Shown one piece after another: positions 27,511 through 41,362 of a DNA stretch of 64,000 bases; the first letter of the stretch is position 1, and each line of letters opens with the position of its first letter. Below the pieces are notes generated by a model. That model was not told the origin of the DNA, did no database searches, and worked only from the letters and a program-made list of their open reading frames with translations. The translations under genes and the position numbers were made by a program. Origin of the DNA: Lama glama (lineage: Eukaryota). The stretch is taken from assembly GCA_028534125.1 (NCBI GenBank), contig CM052817.1:69194001-69258000 (forward strand), in the 5' to 3' direction.

Positions 27511-28215
27511 GAAGTTGTATAAGTGTTGCATTCCAAACTGAACTGTGAGATGGGGGTAAAAACACATAGGCATGGAATTCATATTCCCTTTTGTTTTACT
27601 TATTTCTTTTCTTATGAGGGATGGTTAAAACTAGAATGGATGAAGCAACACAGTTCAGCAGAACTCATATTCATAATACTTTGTGGACTGAGAGAGAGAA
27701 AGAGAGCAAGAATCTATAAAATAGAGTGCAAGAGAGAGAACAATTTAAATTAAACCCACCCTTCCAAACTGTATAACCAGAGTGAGTGAGGGATCAGGTG
27801 TATGAATATGCTACTGAATTACTCAGTCTCAAAGTGCTTCTCACATTGTGATACCGTGGTGTGATTGTGATTCACGTGTTTAGAGATATGCATTTCTCAT
27901 CTACTAACTACTGCATCTAATGCTCAGGCAGATCACAATTCTAGTGATGCCTTCCAGTAGTGCAGAAAAAATGGACTGTGTTGGTTATTATTGATTGGAT
28001 TCACAATGATATCTTCGTAAGAAACATTCAAGGGTGATTTGGACTTAAGTCCCAATTCAGAATCTATCAACATCTATTCTATGATTAACCACAAATCATC
28101 TGCAGTTGCCAAAATATTCTGCTAAAGTTTAAAATTTTTTCTCACTATGTAATTCTATAATTTAATAAAATTATAGAAGATGTGGTATACAAAATAACTG
28201 CCTAAAGCTCACACA

Positions 28216-28690
28216 TGTTATATAGGCAGGATAATGTCCCCCAGTGATGTCCACATTCTACTCCCTGGAACGTGGGAATATATTACTTCACATGACAAAG
28301 AGACTTTGCAGATATTAAAGATTTGGGGATGGGAAGATTATTCTGGAATACCTGGGCAGGCCCAATCCAGTTACTTAGGTCTTAAAACTGGGGAAGTTTC
28401 CAGAGAGATGCAATGTGAAAGGACTCAAAAGTCTGTTTCTAGCTTTGAAGATACAAGAAGGGGGATCAATGAGCTAAGGAATGTAGGAAACCTCTAGAAA
28501 CTGGGAAAGTCCAGGAAATAGGTTCTTCCCCGAAGCTCTTGAAAGGAACTCAGGCCTGTGGACACCTTGATTTTAGCCCAGTGACACCAGTGTTGAACTT
28601 CTGACACATAGATCTGTAAAATAATTCATTTGTGTTGATTTAAGCCACCAAGTTTGTGGTAATTTGTTATGGCAGCATGAGAAAATAGAA
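28216..28690 (+). mobile_element. MaLR solo LTR (MLT1D-like)
   Basis: ggcaggataatgtcccccagtgatgtccacattcta...agagactttgcagat...gacaccttgattttagcccagtga...gtttgtggtaatttgttatggcagc. Confidence 0.85.
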
Positions 28691-30869
28691 AATTTTTTAA
28701 ATGTGAAACAGTAGCAAGACCTCGAAGATCTGTTTCTCCCTTCTTGATACCTTTAACACAGTTCTCCCAAAATATATGGAGATATTTTGATGATGCTCTA
28801 ACACCATTGCATTCTTTCTTATATGGTATTTGATGTGTACCATTCTCTTAATTCACCTTGACATCTCTTGAAACCCATCTGCATTGTTATTCTGAACTTG
28901 GAATCAGAGGTAGAAGCTGTTTTCAAGTATTTTTGTAAGTGGGAAGATAAAATTTTTATTTTATATTGTATTTTGGTTTTAGTTTCAAATGGACTCATAC
29001 ACTCTCCATTAGACAAATTATATTATGATCATACAATTATCAGTAGAGTTCCACTCATTATGTTACATGAGTTAACAAGAAGTTTTTCAATCTCATTTAA
29101 TAAATGCTTTTGTTTCTAAAGCAGTGAGTTCCCAAATCTGGCAGCTTACAAGAATCTCTGGAAAAGCTCCTGAGGGAAGACTATGGTCTCCTGTTTTAAA
29201 ACAGCATAACAATACAGAAAGTATAATCATAATGCCAATGGAAGTTTAAAATAAAATAACTTCTAAGTAAAACCCAGTCATAGCTTCCAAGACCAATTCC
29301 AAAACTTAAGAAAATGTTGGAAATAAAACCTAAAGAGCTAAGAAGGCAGTTGTAGCTAATGAGTGAGAAGGTAAATGTCCAAATGTCGAAAAAAAAATTA
29401 AAGGGCTGGAAGGTAATGGTTTGAGGGCTCACATTAAAATAACTTTGAAAAAAAAAGCAGTTTTTTTCTGTGTTATTAATGATAATCATGCTCGAATATA
29501 TAATTTTGGTAATGTGGGTAGGGTGTGACAGCATGATTCAGAAGGAAGAATTCCAACATCTCAACGACAATTTCAAAGCAGTGCATTTTTCTATATACCT
29601 AACTAAACCCAAGGGAGGGAGGTCCTCCCTGGTCTCAGCTCCTCTTACCATGTCTAGCAGCACCTGGTTGTGGGAAAAAGTATACCTTTGGCAAACAATC
29701 TTTTCGTAACCAAGAAGGTTTGTTTGTCTGGGTCGAATTTCTAGGATCTGGTTGAAATCTTTAGTGACTCCAAGACCATGTTAAATGCACGGTATTTGTC
29801 AAGTGTTAAGTTCTATGTGATTCATATGATGGCTGAATTGAGTGCAGGTGGTTTCCCCTTTTCCTTTGACTCTCTGTCACCCCCTCCCCTACACTCACAT
29901 GCCATACCTCCCATTTGACTTAAGTGAAAGAAGTAAAAAGGCAGGTGACAGTCTCTGGCTTATGTCCTGTTTCTGTACAAAGCAAATCAAATGAAAATTA
30001 AGGAAACATGGAGCCTATTAAATTGAAATCTTTTGGCAAAAAAATATTGTCCTCAAATTTTGATTGGGAAGTACAGCATTCTGAGAGTAAATTGAAATGA
30101 AATGTAAACGTTCCTCGGTTGTAAGTAAAATGCAGCTATTTTGGAGAAAGTGAAGGGAAATAATAAGGAGTGTTAATGTGACAAATACGTCAAACATCGA
30201 TGGACTGAAAACTTTTCAAAGGGACAGTGTTTTAGATGTTACAAAGAAAAGGAATTCTTTAAAAGAGAACTTCATTTCAAATTTTCAGAGCTAATGGATG
30301 AAAGAAATGTGTGCATATATCATAAAAGAGCAACTCTCATAGTAATTTTTCTTTTCTGGGTTAGTGATTTTTTTCCCCAATAGAATGATCCTCAATTCAC
30401 TTTTAAAAATAGGAGATTTATTCATTTTTTTTTAAGTTTGTGCTCAAAAATAAGCTCTTGCATGGGACTTTAATATCCCCTTGGGATATCACTGTCCTTG
30501 GACTCGAGAGTAAGGGAGGCTGTGTTTTCTCTTTATATGGTCATGAAAAATTTAAGTTCCTTTTTCAGCATGGGCTTAAGAAAGGTGGCAGTAAGGAAAC
30601 ACATTATTTTATCATATGTATTGCCTTTTCTGGCCAAAGTAGCCATTTATTTCAGCACTCCTGAAAAGAATTACAGTGACTCCATTAGTACTTTTAAATA
30701 TAGTTTTAAATTATACCACTACAAAATAAAGAGTGTTTTGAGAAGAAATCAAGTACTTGAAGTGTGAAGCTGCTACGTCACAGTGGGAAGTGGTTTTCTA
30801 ACCCAGAGATGGCTTCCTTGAGTGTGCTCTTAGAGTCTAACAGGATTCCAAATCAACAGCTCTGTCATC

Positions 30870-31030
30870 ATCTTCAAGTGTGGTGGATGGCTGCACACTG
30901 TAATCACCTGAAGGACTTTAAAAAACCTAACCATACCTGGATTTTACAGCAGGAGATTTGATTTAGTGATTCTGAGGTACCACCTGGGCATCTGGTGACT
31001 TTAGTGTGCAGCTAGGTTTAGCAGCTGGTA
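30870..31030. mobile_element. MER5A-like hAT MITE
   Basis: ggctgcacactgtaatcacctg...acctgggcatc...gtgtgcagctaggtttagcagc. Confidence 0.55.
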
Positions 31031-31429
31031 TACCAGTGGATGAAGTCATGCTATAGAGCAAAGATAGCAAAATGACATACTTGATATTGCTAAGGCTCAT
31101 GGTAACCAGTGGGATGCAATGGCATGTCATTATCCAGGTTTGCTGATTCCTTGGGGAACATCAACTCTCAGAATGAGAAACTCTCTTAACTAGACCTCCA
31201 TCTCACCTCCTGACCCATACTTCTTTCCTGGCTGCACCTTGTTTGATTGAACTCCAATGCTCTCTACCAGTAATGTCCCCACTATGTTTCAGCCCCTGAT
31301 AAAACAGGATAAAAGAAAACAGGTATTCTCTAATCACTACCTTTAAAATCTAAGTAGACCATATAAAAAGCAACAGAGAATCACGTTTCAGGTTTGAGAA
31401 GAACTTTAAAAGATGTATAATTCAAAAGC

Positions 31430-31880
31430 TATTCATCCATTCAAGTAACATCTATTTACAGAACATCTATTCTGTGTCTGTCATTGTGCTAGATGCTGGG
31501 TATACAATGGTGAAAAACATGATCTTCCATTTGGGTGGAAATGGGGACTGAGGAATAATACTGACCAAAACTATTCAGAACAGCAACAAATACAATGAGA
31601 GTAAGTACTGGGTGCTGTTGGAACGCCTAGGAATCTTATTTTGTCTTGAGAAGTTCTGGAAAGACTGTAGCATGAGCAAGAGTTAACCAAGTAAATTGTG
31701 TCATGAGAAAAAGCAGCAGCATCCTATGTTAGGCAAAGACAAGCACTCTTGTAAGTCATGGACGTGTAAGTCTTGTTAAGATAGTTAGATTTCTCTTAAC
31801 CAGGAGGAACACCATCAGGTTTGCAATTGTGAAAGATCACTCCAGCCACAATGTGGAAGAGCAAAGAGAGAGGCCAAAGT
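31430..31880 (-). mobile_element. L2 3' fragment
   Basis: attcatccattcaagtaacatctatttacagaacatctattctgtgtctgtcattgtgctagatgctggg and gaaagatcactccagccacaatgtgga. Confidence 0.65.
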
Positions 31881-31915
31881 TCCCTTAACGTCTCAAGCAC
31901 ACAACAATATCTTAG

Positions 31916-31937
31916 ACACACACACACACACACACAC
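31916..31937. repeat. (AC)n microsatellite
   Basis: Direct observation. Confidence 0.9.
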
Positions 31938-33659
31938 GCAAATTGAACATTCTCTACACTTCAGGTTGTTTATTTAGTGTCAAATTAGACTTACACTTGT
32001 TTCCCAGTTTTAGGGTTTAATAGTCTAAGAAAGTTACGTCAAATAAAATTACGTTAATAGTAGTAACAGCCTAGAAGGGTTTCCTAGACTTGATATTTTA
32101 CTAAGCTGAAAATGAAAACTCTTGAAATTGTCAAGAGTTTTAGAAAGATGATGAATAAATCTAATCAAAACTGGATTGTATAACAAAAATATCAATTCAT
32201 TACTCTACGATCAGGAATATTTGATTATTTGTAATGTCTTTTCATGAAGTGCCAAATAACAGAATTTTCTGTTTGCAATCTGAGAAATATATGGAAACAA
32301 ACATGAACCTCAAGGATTATCAAAGTAGAACCAAGCATATGTTCTCAGTGACTGAAATGCTTTCATATACTTCATGTTTTTAATATGAAGGAATTATAGA
32401 TTGTCTATTAAAGGATTGGTTCAAGAGGTAGGATGTGTATCATCTTCGAGCATAGGAAAAACAATTCCTTAGTTTCAATGCTAAAAAATCATAACATGCC
32501 CTTCCTTGGCTAATGCTCATTTAGTAACGTGTTCAGGACTGAAGAATTCAAAATTAAACAAAAATAGTGGAATTAAAAAGTACTGATGCAACTGAGGAAG
32601 GGCCTGGGCTAATCTCCACTGGGAAAGAATCAGAACCACTGAGAATCAGGACAACATTGTGGGTTTGGAAAGAGGTACCAGAGAATCTGAACTTGTTCTG
32701 TATTTATGAAATATTACTACAAACAAAAAGCTGAAAAAACCATGAAAGGGCTAGAAATCTGCAGCTGGGAGGGTAGAGGGGAAAAGATGAGTTCGTATTT
32801 TAAACATATGTATTAATTATTGCACACAGCAGGGTAGGAGTTTGCAGCTGGAAGGGGTAGAGCAAAGGAAAAAAGACATTTTATTTCGGAATAAATTTAT
32901 GAAATCATGCTTCAACAAGGGAACTTGCAGCTGGGGGAGGGCAAAGGGACAGCAATATTTTTCAAGTAAGTCACTGAAATAAAATATGCAAGCCCTCACT
33001 TTGACAGCATTGGAAGGGACGTTCTTGAATCAGTATCAAAGTGGACTAAGGCATTTTGTTATGCAAAAAACAGTTTTAGGCTCCTTGGCTAATGGAGATT
33101 TTTCTTTAAATGAGTACTTGCTAACCAGTTTCTAAATCTCTGTAATTCTGTGGGAATTCTTCTCGAATTACAGGGAATACGATTTTGGCCCCAGGTGACT
33201 GTTCCTCAATTCTTCAAGTTTGTACTTCAAAAGGATTTATTTTCCTCTAAGGATCCCAAAGCATTTAGCCATCTGTGAAGCCTACCATCACTTAATGGCC
33301 TTAAATGAGCTATTTTTTAACACTGAAAAAACAAGGACAACAAAAAACTAAACAAAAAAGCCCTCTAGGTTTTATTCTTTCCATTTAAATGACCTGATTT
33401 ACCTGTAAGTAGGCTGCTTTCCCACAAGGTAGGAAACCAGTAATGATATGACATCTATACTCCCGTGGGTGCCGTGGGTTAGATTATAGCCAAGAGCCTC
33501 AATTAAAGCCCCATCAACTAAAAACTATAAACTATCCAATGATTCTCTTTCAAAGTATAGGTTAACCCTGTATTAAGACACCTAAATATGAAAGTCATTA
33601 GGCAATAAAAATAGATAATACTTCTATTCTTATTTTTTAAATGGAAATCCTGTACTAAT

Positions 33660-34045
33660 TGTAAAGGGATGAATAAAATGGAGCCAGGAGGCCACTGGGG
33701 GAGTGAACCTACGCACGTCTCCACCCAGATGGAACGTGAACTTTGAGCTGAGCCACAGTACCCTGAAAGCACACTTACACGGCGGACTCTTGAATAACAG
33801 CACCCTTAGCAACCAATCAAGTATAGACCAAAGTGGTTCCCGTCTGCCCGCACCAGTCGTAATTCTTGCAATACAACTTATGTGAGAATCCTCCTTTTCC
33901 TTTTAAAAACCCTTTGGTCTTCAGTCTCCTCAGAGTACATTTGGGTTTCTACCTACCTGATTCTGTGTCTCCAGAACTGCAGGTCCTAAGACTGAAATAA
34001 GGGCTGTCATTGCCTTACAGCCACGGTCTTATTTTTTGGTTGACA
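33660..34045 (+). mobile_element. ERV1-class solo LTR (~386 bp)
   Basis: TGTAAA...TTGACA imperfect inverted termini, aaaatggag near 5' end, ccaatc box ~33813, ttttaaaa TATA-like ~33901, near-TSD taat/aaat (4 bp). Confidence 0.7.
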
Positions 34046-34401
34046 AAATACACATCAGTACTTTCACACAATCTTCCACTGGTATCAATTTAAGCTAAAC
34101 CCCATGTCTATTTTAAATATCCTTCCTAAGAGAAGGCAGGGGCCTTTGTCTTTTTTCTAAATTCCCAGTTCTAGGACAATACCTGTCACATAAAAGGTTC
34201 TCAGTAAATATTGGTTAAGAGAATAAATGTGGGGCTCAACTTTAGTAACAAGTGTTAAGTCTCAGAACGTAGAACGTTAAACTAAAGAGAATGGATCAAC
34301 TTGCCTTTCTAGTTCCCCTGTTAAGTTCTAAACTTCCTGAAAGTTTTCTTTTCACTTTGTTCCTAGCCACCAGAAGAGAAAGACCAAGAATTTGCATGAG
34401 A

Positions 34402-35651
34402 AAGTTTTCCTCAAACTTTCGAGTCTAAGGCCCAACCCTATTAAAGTCTTAAAAACTACTGAGGCCCCCCCCCCCAAAGCTTTTGTGTTTGTGGTATCTA
34501 TCCATAATGACCATATTAGCAGTTTAAAAAATTTAAAATATAATATTTATTAGTTCTTTAAAAAGTAACAACCTAACCCCATTATGTGCTTATGAAAAAT
34601 AACTATATTTTTAAAAACAGAAGAAAATGTAGTGAGAAGCATAGAATTGTTTTACATTTTTGAAAATATCTTTAATGTCTGACTTAGAAGACAGCTGGAT
34701 TCTCTTATCTGCTTTTGCACTTAATCTTTTGTGATATGTTGTTTTGACTGAAATAGATAAAGAAAATCTAGCTTTACACAGATATGCAGTGTGAAAGGGA
34801 GGAGTATTTGAATAGCTTTTTCATATAATTGTGAACATTCTTCTTTGACTACTACACCAAAACTTGACAGATCGTAGTTTTTAGAGGTTAGTTGCAATAT
34901 GGAATCTGAAACCATATCAACGAACTTTTTATACTTTATCCCATTAAAACCCTTTGGTCAACTTTGCAGTGTGATTTTGCAGCCTCACTCATTACTCAAT
35001 TGGTTTGTAGAGTCATGCAGACCTTGAAAACTCAAATATTATGGCAACAAATACCACGAACTGTTTCCCTTGAACTAACAGGCTCACTGTGTTTATTTCT
35101 GACTGAGAAAATACTTGCTAAATACTTGCTAAATCTGAATAACTACAGCTTGTTTTTCAATCATTCTTTGAGGTTAGAAAAAAATGCTGTTCCTGAAAAA
35201 AAGCTAGTTCAACATATATTGCCGTAAGTATTGCAGTCATATTATGAGATGCAGCAAAATTGCTTTACGAATACTTCGTTTCACCATGCAGAATATTTAA
35301 AAGTACTCAAAGGTCGAGATGTAATAAATTAATTAACTTTTACTGCTCCATCAAGGACATTCTAAGGGAAAAGTGGCATACACAGATAGGTATGCATGTA
35401 TGTATAATTTTATTATGAGTGTGTCGGTGAAGAACATAATGGCTACTAGCAGTTTGGTACCACTACCTTGATTCATGCTAAGGCACCAGCAATTTCACTT
35501 ATCATTGGTTTTGCACCATCGATAACATGTCAACATAGTGAAAAAAAAGGCAAATAACATCTTAGTGTTATTATGAAGAGTTTTGTTTAGATTTCTTACA
35601 AGGGTACTGAACATACCCAAGAGTCCATGGACCAAACTTTAGGAACCACAG
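34402..35651 (-). mobile_element. Charlie1a-like hAT DNA transposon with transposase remnant
   Basis: Right terminus ccatggaccaaactttaggaaccacag; internal ttgattcatgctaaggcaccagc; minus ORF 34915-34721 contains KEECSQLYEKAIQILLPF, resembling the hAT C-terminal dimerisation region. Confidence 0.85.
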
Positions 35652-36599
35652 GCATAATGCAATTTTCCATGCCAATAAATTAGAAAAAGTAAATTTCTCT
35701 TTTGCTCTTGAAGAGTTACAGCACCCACCCCTATTATCTTTAGAACAGGAAGTTGCTAACCATTAACTATAACTTACCATTTAAATAATGAAAATCATTT
35801 TAACCACACTCTCCAAATGTAACAAGCAAAATGCATCTAAAGCTGAACTGCTGAAATATCTCATATCCCATGTAAATAATATTGCTGAAGGGAAAGTTTA
35901 AACACAGATTTTAAAGAGATTTCAACCTGTTTTACTACAGTTTAAGAATTATCACCTACTTTACTTTACAAGAAAGGAATTCAAGAAGCAAATAGACTTA
36001 ATAAAGTTTCCAGTAGAACAATTCAGCAACAATTTTTTGCAAATGTGATTCACATAAATTAGTCCTGTATTTATGTCAGCTTCAGTATTGAGATTTTAAA
36101 ATTATTATTCTCTTCATTCATTATAAGCAATTTCATCCCTGTCCAATCTCCTAGGATGTTACAATAATAAGATAGAGACATGTTTTGCAGAAAGCGTTGC
36201 TTATTGAAGCCATGAATGCTTTTCTAAAAGAAAAAAAATGTTTCTAGATTAGGTAGGAATGTGTGAGAGTGGGAAAGAAGTTCATCAGTGGTTGGGGAAG
36301 AAAGTCATAAAGCTTTATCTACATTCTCTAAGGTCTGAGTCCTACTTTCACTCAACTTTCCCTAATACTATTTATCATACTGTCAACATATGATCTCTAA
36401 AAATTACTTTTAAAACGATAACACAGAAAGCATGCTCAGAGATACTTACCTCTCTCTCAACTCCATTCTGCAGATACCACACCTGAGTTGATCCCCAAGT
36501 TAGACAAAGATTCTCAGCTCTTTCTTATGTATTACCTTTTAATATTTTTTTATTTTTAAGTATCTTAAAATATATTTGAAACATGTAAAATATATTTAA

Positions 36600-37830
36600 A
36601 TATTTTTGTCAAGTACAACTGTGAACCTGCCATCCAACCCATGAACTAGAATATCAATAACCTGCCTCTATTTAGTCTGCCTCCTGTATCCCAACCCTTT
36701 GACTCCCTCCAAAATTAACACTGGCGTCCATATTATTTATATTTTCTTTCTGGCACTAACCATTATATTTCAAAGCTTCATTTGTGCTCACTTCTAGCTA
36801 TAGTTCATTTATTTATTGTCACTGCTCCATTACGCTCCATAATACTAATCTACCATGGTTTCTATATACCTTCATTTGTTGATGAACTAGGGTTGTTTCC
36901 TGTTTGTTTATACTATATGCTGCCATGCTGCTCTGGTCCTTTTTAAACATACCTTCTGGTGCATGTAAACAAACATTTCTCTGTGTTATAGTCCAAGGAG
37001 TAGAATTGCTAGGTCATAGAATACAGGAATGTTCAGAATCACAAGATGTTGTCAAGTGGTTGTAGCGATTACACTCCCATGAGCAATATATTAAAATTCC
37101 ACATATTCTCTCGTATTCTCTTATACACTTGGTATTATCAAGCTCTTAATTTTTGATCATCCAATGTGTATAAAATGGAAAGTTGATATCTTAATTTGCT
37201 TTCTCTTTATCACTAATAAGACTGAGGCACTATTCAGATTTTTCTTGGCCATTTTATCACTCTTCTGTCAAATGCCTGTTCATGTATTTTTCCTATTTTT
37301 ATAGGTTGTCTACTTCAGTTTTAATTTCTTGTTGATTCACAGGAATGTGTTGAATATTCTGGACACTAGTCCATAGCCATACAAGATTTGGGTTGGCTAT
37401 ATATAATACATACATCTCCCAGTTAGTGATCTGTTTTCTGCTTTCTTTATGGTGTCATAGGGTAGGCCAGTATCCTTACTTTTAATGTAGTCAAATTTAT
37501 TATTTATTTTCCAGTTGTACCTTGCTTAAAAAATATTTTCTTTCCCAATATTTGAAAAACATTTATCATATATTCTTCTAAATGTTTTGCAATTTTTTCT
37601 TGTTGCATAAAAACACTAATCCATTTAGAATTGATTTTTGTATGCAGTAAGGTTGTGTTACAATAGCCGTTTTTTCCATAAGGATACTCAATTTTTCCAG
37701 CATCAGTTTTTCAATAGCCCACCCTTCTCTTAATGATCTACATTTCAATCTTTTTCTTAATTCTCTAGACTGTTTCATTCGTTAATTTGTCAATATCACA
37801 GCATTAATCAATATAGCTTTATATTTTTCG
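36600..37830 (-). mobile_element. Old L1 (L1MD/ME-like) ORF2 3' end fragment
   Basis: aggagtagaattgctaggtcatag; acactcccatgagcaat; ttttaatgtagtcaaatttat; atccatttagaattgatttttgtatg. Confidence 0.75.
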
Positions 37831-38689
37831 TCTCTCTTGAGACACAAATACTAGTTCTTATAAATAGGATTACAGAATAACCTAAAGTTTTGCAAAATAA
37901 GATATTCTTAGTAGCTAAGATGAAATACAATTTTCCTCAAATGTCCATACATTTATAGTATGACGAATAAATCATATTGGTAATATGAGTGAACACTAAA
38001 AGAGAGAAACACTTATGATAAAAATTGAGACTATAATAAATGGTATAGAAACAATATCATGATACCTTCTGTGTGAATTTGGAAGTCTGAGTTTAGGTAA
38101 CTAAGTCATATCCCAATATGACTATTAGAGAACATATTAGCCAATCTAAGAAATCATTCTCCTTGTCTGCTTAGAATCCACTGCTAGCTGTATGTGTACC
38201 ATAACACAGAGAAAAAAAAAATTTTTTTTAGTTAAAAAAGAAGAATAACCAAAAAAGCAAATAAAAAAAATGAGGAAGGTATCAAGAAAACACAGCTAAT
38301 ACATGATTTTGGTGTTGTCTAGTCACTAAAAAAATGATTGAGGAATCCAATCTAACAAAGAACTTTTAGAATGTTTTTCAGAATGTTTTTCGTTTGGATG
38401 GGGTAGGTTAATAAATGCTACTTGAGTAATTTTTCCTGCTCTGCCAATGGCAGACTTGATGACTGACTTGATTTTTAGGATACCAACTTTTTTTAATGCT
38501 CTGAATGTATACAGATAAAACACCACCTAGACTATAAAATAAATATGTTTCTCACAATTTGTGAAGGTGTTTTCTTAGGGAAGTCTACTCTGCCCTGTGT
38601 GTATCTTGTCCAGCCTAACTTAAATTCTTAAGTCATTTTTCTGTGAACTACAGCTAACCCATACCTCTGAAGAGGTGTCTATTTTGATC

Positions 38690-39010
38690 TACAGCTATGC
38701 TTTGAAGATGGAGCTAAGAGGCTGTCCTGATGGGCTGAATGGGAGTATAAGGGAAAGAGAGAAATCCAAGGCTTTTTGGTTGAGCAATTAGAAAAGCAGA
38801 TTTACCATCAATGAGATGAGGAGGTCCAAGCCTGCAGCAGGTTTGGAAAAGGGAAGATGGTTTTGATATGACCGATATGAACTATCTACTAGTGGAAATG
38901 TTAGGTTGACATTTACTATTCTTATTATTCTGAAGTTTCAAGAAAGAGGTCTTGCTGAGAGATATAAACATGGGAGTCAATAGCATACAGTGGTATTTAA
39001 AGCCAAAAGA
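38690..39010 (-). mobile_element. L2 fragment
   Basis: gagatataaacatgggagtcaatagcatacagtggtatttaaagcc is a typical reverse-strand L2 sequence. Confidence 0.7.
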
Positions 39011-41206
39011 TCATTAAATCACAAAAGAAATGGTTATAAATGGCAAGGACTAAGCATCATACTGGTATCAGACCAGTTCCCATGTTCAAGAAAAGATAAA
39101 ATTCATTTGTCACGATTTATTCTAAGTAAACCTGTGTTGTTTCCTGGGTATATCTATTTTCCTAAGTACTTAATTTTATAATCTGCTTTGTAATGTAGTC
39201 CACAATCACTATCAAACTCATAATTCTGTAGAAGAAATCTTCACTTTTTGAAAACCAGAATATCTCTTCCATATTATATTATTCTTTACAGACCCATGAC
39301 AACAGTTGAATTATCTTAGGACAGTGGGATAAAAATCACTTCTGGGATAATAAACTTTTAGTTCCTTCTGGAGCTGAGTAATTATGTCTGTTTATCTAAA
39401 GGCATAGCCAATTTAGTTTGTAAGGCATACTTGAGTGAAGATGAATAGTTTTTAATAAATAAACATTATTTTCAAAATTTATGTTTTGTGAGAGAGAATC
39501 AGAGGCAGGGCAGTAACACAATCTACAGCTCTAAACTGTCATACCATCTACTTCTCTCATTATTTCCACTTCTGTTTTTCCTACTTAGACATGTTCATTA
39601 TAAGCAGTTGTTAGAGGCAGCTGTTACTAAGATGGAAAGGAATGGCAAAGTTCTTAAATACTGCTTTCTTAAAAAAAAAAGCTTCAAAACATCTGGGCTC
39701 TGCACTGAGAAATATTTTTGGTGAGACTGAAATGATTATGTAAAAGATTATGCAGAAGGAACAGCAATTAATTTCTTCCTTGTTGCCTACATCTTAAAAA
39801 TCTCCTTTTACTTTCACAGTAGTTTTGTCAAATGCTATGCAAAGTTTCATGAATCTGTCTAGTTTTGCTTATTTTTAAACCCTTGAAGATTACTTAACAT
39901 TGGAATGTGATTGCTCAATATTTGCCAATTATAGAAAACTACCCATTTTAGGTGCAATTTCTAGCTTTGTTTGTTTGTTTATTATGGCAGTATTTTCCTT
40001 CTCTGAGGAACTTTCCCACCCTTTTGAGATACACCTAAAATTCTAAGAGGTGAAGGGAGACAATAGGAATGACAAAACACAATATAAAAGAGGAAATCAA
40101 AACCAAAAAGTTGGCCCAGACTCCTAGAACAAACCCTGTACCCTGAGTCCCAGCTAAATATGAATTAGAAGGTTATGCTATCACCTTAGTCGGGGCTGTT
40201 ACTGTTAGGCCAGAGTATCTGTTGTCACTGGAAAACAGCACAGCCAAGTCATACTTCCCAATGGAGGAAAATGTGGTGTCAGAATTTCAAGAAGGTCCAA
40301 ATCAGGACACCTGTGTGCCAGAGAGGCCCAGCTGCACATGAGGGCTGGCCAGCGCAGCAGGACACCATCTGCTCAGCACATGAGATGCCAGTTTCTTTGC
40401 TGAAGATGGGTTTGAAGGATGGGACTCTTTAAAGAGAAAGCTCACCACTCGGCTGGGACATCCTTAGCCTTTCTCACATTTTAAAATAAACAATTTTAGG
40501 AAGAGGGGATTAAAGGCTTATGTCAGGGAGATGACAAGCAGGGCATACTGCTAGCTCCAGAATTGCCTCAGAAGTTCACTTTCAGATCGGCATTTGGCTT
40601 TTCATTCTGTTGACTGATGAAGTATGACCATAACTCTCAGAAAATTCCAGGTGTTAAGCATGTGCAAATTCCAAAAATGCTCTGTGCTCCTGTCACTGGG
40701 TTTGCAACAATCAGACCAACTCTCTCCCCTAGTCCCTCTAAGACATAAAGATACTTTTGGCCCATTCCTTGCCTTCCTGATCTTTAATAAATATCTGGTC
40801 AGAGAAAACATGGTGGACAACCCAGAATCTACAGAATTAGTGTTAATTGGCTTCCTTCCACCAACTAAAACTGACATCTAGAAAAATAGAAACTAACACT
40901 ACACTCGCTTCTTTGCAATTTGAGGGGCTGAATTTCCCACAATCTGTCTTCAGGTCCTTATTTAGCAATCTGTTACCTTTTAGTACCATTTGTAATTATC
41001 AGATATTTAAAATGTTTATTTTTCTTTTAATGGATATTTATAATCTAATCCCCTTGAGGATTATGGCACTTTTCATTTCTTCTTCAGAGATGAGAAAACA
41101 AGGACTTCAATAATGTTTCTAGAGTTCACAGGCACAGTTCTATAAAGTTGTTAAACTCCTAGAACAAAATTCCAATATAGGGAAATAATCTCATTCACTT
41201 TCAGTC

Positions 41207-41262
<56 letters not shown>
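41207..41262. repeat. (GAAA)n tetranucleotide STR running into the assembly gap
   Basis: About 14 perfect units, then Ns. Confidence 0.95.
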
Positions 41263-41362
41263 NNNNNNNNNNNNNNNNNNNNNNNNNNNNNNNNNNNNNN
41301 NNNNNNNNNNNNNNNNNNNNNNNNNNNNNNNNNNNNNNNNNNNNNNNNNNNNNNNNNNNNNN
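41263..41362. other. Assembly gap (100 N, size probably unknown)
   Basis: Exactly 100 N. Confidence 0.98.

Noticed and set aside
32760..32960. Repeat-spacer pattern resembling a CRISPR array
   Set aside because: Mammalian intron, only a 9-bp exact core in three copies, no cas genes; treated as a decayed tandem repeat.
34721..34915. Possible domesticated hAT transposase gene
   Set aside because: Short frameshifted remnant inside an internally deleted Charlie1-like element.
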